From contig OZ316893.1 in assembly GCA_973895155.1 (NCBI GenBank), positions 18,197,836-18,261,835 of the forward strand: a stretch of 64,000 bases of DNA, in the 5' to 3' direction. Below the pieces are notes generated by a model that was not told where the DNA came from, made no database searches, and saw only the letters and a list, made by a program, of their open reading frames with translations. This DNA is from Marsupella aquatica (lineage: Eukaryota > Plantae > Marchantiophyta). Shown here piece after piece: positions 61,138 through 64,000 of the stretch (position 1 is the stretch's first letter; each line of letters starts with the position of its first letter). Position numbers and translations under genes: made by a program.

Positions 61138-62993
61138 CGGCGGAGTAGGATCAAAATAGAGTTAGGAATAGCTAAATCAGGCTATAGGGACAAGCACCTG
61201 CCCTAGTTAAAGCAACGTACCCATATCATCAAATCCGGATCAAAGGCGGACAACACAAAGGCTTAGAAGCCCGTAAGCCGGGGTCGATCCTGCTATCAAT
61301 TGAGGTACGTTCCAGCTGCGGAACACAAACCATACCTAGGAGGTGTCCGTATATGACAATAGACGCACTTAGCACTAGTTTACGCGAGTTAGGTGCATTC
61401 CGTGCCTCCCTCCCTGCCCGAACCCTCATTTTGACGAAGGATGTGCCTGTCTAAGCCGAAGCCCGGGTTAAGGCCTAGGCTGACGACGTGACACTCCAAT
61501 GTCAGCAGAAGAGATGGGTTGTCCTTTGGGGACGCAAATCTCATACAGTCTGCGAGAGTGCCAAAACTCACAAAGTTTCTTCGTCCATTTTCTGTTTTAA
61601 CTCCCCTCACAATCAAACGGTAGTTGCCTTTGACTGGTTGCAATTCAAAAGACCATGAATTCATAGTTGCCAAAATATTCTCAAGTTTTTCGACCTTGGG
61701 GTTTCAATCCAAAGCCTGTCAAAACGGAAATAAACAGAGCGAACTCCTAGAAGACAAGGAGAAATATGTCAAACATCTACACGACACTCGCGTAGAAAAT
61801 AAAGTGAGCCGACAAACTGTTGATTCATTATAAACAAAATGATGTGAAAACATCCTTTACAAAATGGCCTCTTTGGCGTGTAAACGGTCCCGTAAAAAAT
61901 GACTATCAGAACTTTGGAGATAGTCTTATGAGCCATTTGAGCTCATCATGATTCGGAGTCAAAACATTGTCTAGATTTAAGAAAACAATCCGATCCGCTA
62001 GAAACATAAGAGAACCCTAACTCAAAGTATGCGCACACATGTGGCCATGAAGGCAACAATTTTTTTTCCAATTCAATCCATCGCACTTTGGTATCCAATT
62101 GTCTTTCCCTCTCTCGGCCATCGGCCAGCTCCTGTCGCAAGTCATGAACTTGATGATCTCAAAACTTCTCCATCTCAAGAGAAGCTTTCATGGACTTTGC
62201 CGCTACGTTGCAAGTAGTCAAATGCTGGATCTGTGCCCATCGATACTTTGCAAACATCTGCTCCCGCTCGTATTCTATTGCTTCCTTTTCATCCTCTAAT
62301 GCTTTTTGGAGAATGGAATTCTCCATCAAACTCATATCAAAAGCAGAAATACTTTTTTGTAACAATCCCTCAATCTTCTCAAAATTGTCCTTGCGATGAG
62401 CGCCTTCCTCTAGAAAAGTTGAACGAACAAAGTCACATGAACAATGTTTTGATTCCATATGGTACTATCTCCGAACAAGGATTCTACACGATAGTCGCAT
62501 AGAAAACCTGAGTTTCTACACGATAGTTGCATAGAAATCCATTATCTTCCAAGATTGGAGAAACGGTTCTACGCGAGACTCGCGTAGAACTAAATAGAAA
62601 ATTCTAAATTCTGACATAAGGGCTCTCAAATAGAGATTATGGGTTGATGAAAGAGACCCATTCTACATGACTCTCGTGTAAAGCAGACTCAAGTTTAGCA
62701 CAATCCATAGAAAACAGAGAAATTATGTAGGTCAGAATTACCTTTGAGCTTCCTCAATGCAGCTAGAGCAAGTAATCCGACGTCATTTTCTGCCAAAGAA
62801 GTCGTCATTCCCTTTGCACGTGCGAACTCCTCCATGACAATGTCAAGGACCGACGAGTTGAGTGAAAATAAATAGAAAACACAAATGATCCAAGGTCCGA
62901 GGTCCGAGGTCCTTTTATAGTCCGAGACAAGCGTGAAAGAGCGTATCGTCCAAGGCGAGCGTGAAAGAGCGTGAAACAATCTGAGGGCCAAGC

Positions 62994-62995
62994 GT

Positions 62996-63027
<32 letters not shown>

Positions 63028-63110
63028 AAGAGAGAGAGAGCGAGAGAGAGAGAGAGAGAGCGAGAGAGAAAGAGAGAGAGAGCGTGATTGAGAGAGAAAG
63101 AGAAAGAGAG
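62994..63110. repeat. Imperfect (AG)n microsatellite
   Basis: Read directly from the sequence. Confidence 0.95.
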
Positions 63111-63776
63111 CGATAGCGAGTTGGAAAGCAACATATGCCCCTTCCGGGTGGAATACTGTTGAACAATGATTGCGGTTGCTACCCGGCCACCAAACTTGAC
63201 ACTCGGGATCTGGTGGAGGACGTGTCACTAACATGGGGAACCACCACCCGCCGCCAAACCAATCTGCATTTATGGAAATAGCTGCTCACCACACACCACG
63301 CCGCCATAAAAAAGTACTACACGACAATCTGGTAGAGTTGAAAGTCTGAAATTCTTGCACCCCCACTCACTATATAACGTGACTGTGAGTAGTGGGTAAT
63401 ACCGAAAACCTGAAATTACTGAAAAATTTGAACTTTTTACGGTGTTTAAACCTGCTGTTGCTGTTAAAGTGCCAAGTGTAAACCTTATTCCAACTTAGTT
63501 ACGCGTATACGCCTTACGGGTATACGTGTTAATTACGTGTTACGCCTTTACGGGTATACGGGTTTACGGCCTACGCCTTACGCGTTTAAGGAAAGTGTAC
63601 GTTACGGCACTAAGGCTAACTTTGCAACGGGACTTAGAAATGGATCGGGGACTTCATACCTTGATAGGAATCAAGCACAGAGTTCAGGCGCTCACTCCTG
63701 TCTTTTCACCACCCCTATTCACTTGCTCTTTCTCTTCGAAAGCAACCTTTGCAGCACGCAAATCACCGTCGCAGCT

Positions 63777-64000
63777 ATGGCAAACCTGGGTGTTGAGGAA
63801 CAGTATCAAATTGAAGCTCTAGTAGTCTCAAAAGTAGTGGCAGCTCGTATACCACGAGCGCCTGATAGTCTTTCTAATTTACAAGACTCCTTACAGCACT
63901 TAGGATTGGAGCGCTTGCTCAAGATCCCCTGGAATGTCGAGCTCGACTCCTACTTGCAGGATTTTGTGAAAGGGACTATCATCCCGATTGAATTCAGGTG
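63777..64000 (+). CDS. Start of another PMD/Transposase_32-like ORF (open at the window edge)
   Basis: MANLG...LQHLGLERLLKIPW..LQDFV shares the GLxxxxxxPW..[ED]FV motif of the accessory ORFs. Confidence 0.5.
   Translation, partial: MANLGVEEQYQIEALVVSKVVAARIPRAPDSLSNLQDSLQHLGLERLLKIPWNVELDSYLQDFVKGTIIPIEFR

Larger units (their letters stand above)
58053..61493 (+). mobile_element. Solo LTR of family B (3441 bp), TSD CTCCA
   Basis: TGTGAC...GTGACA. CTCCA at 58048-58052 and 61494-61498. Confidence 0.94.
55518..62860 (-). pseudogene. Decayed spliced gene (acidic/Lys-rich region plus ParB-like motif), interrupted by solo LTR 58053-61493 and cut by element A
   Basis: The reading frame rejoins across the solo LTR (LLLTLE|SESSWNF). 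Probable GT-AG intron at 55781-55867. Motif INERLLNEEHVNHL..FAISGQHSTMA. The 5' limit is uncertain. Confidence 0.55.

Noticed and set aside
62695-63234. 179-aa SLSLSL ORF and overlapping ORFs
   Set aside because: The frames are kept open by the (AG)n microsatellite.

Overview
Eukaryotic DNA, most likely from a land plant: it carries Arabidopsis-type CCCTAAA repeats and plant-type Ty3/Gypsy and LINE proteins. A non-seed plant is plausible but cannot be proven from the sequence. The window is almost entirely a nest of transposable elements, and target-site duplications (TSDs) resolve most of it. Components: (1) a full-length non-chromoviral Ty3/Gypsy element (family C, 15870-29260, TSD GTTGC); (2) three TSD-flanked solo LTRs (3160-5842, 29275-37737, 58053-61493); (3) three truncated Gypsy elements; (4) an RTEX-like LINE with a (CATTAC)n tail; (5) two L1-type LINEs; (6) a Helitron-like insert; (7) a decayed, spliced minus-strand gene with a ParB-like motif. 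The most notable feature is that the LTRs themselves encode proteins. The 1.86-kb family C LTR holds an RPA70 C-terminal-like OB-fold/zinc-ribbon ORF plus two small ORFs that are conserved at the amino-acid level in a diverged LTR. The 3.4-4.5-kb LTRs of families A and B each contain a ~900-1150-codon PMD/Transposase_32-like coiled-coil gene, which in family C lies outside the LTR, between pol and the PPT. Family labels A-D are mine. All domain calls are by-eye motif recognition, not database results.
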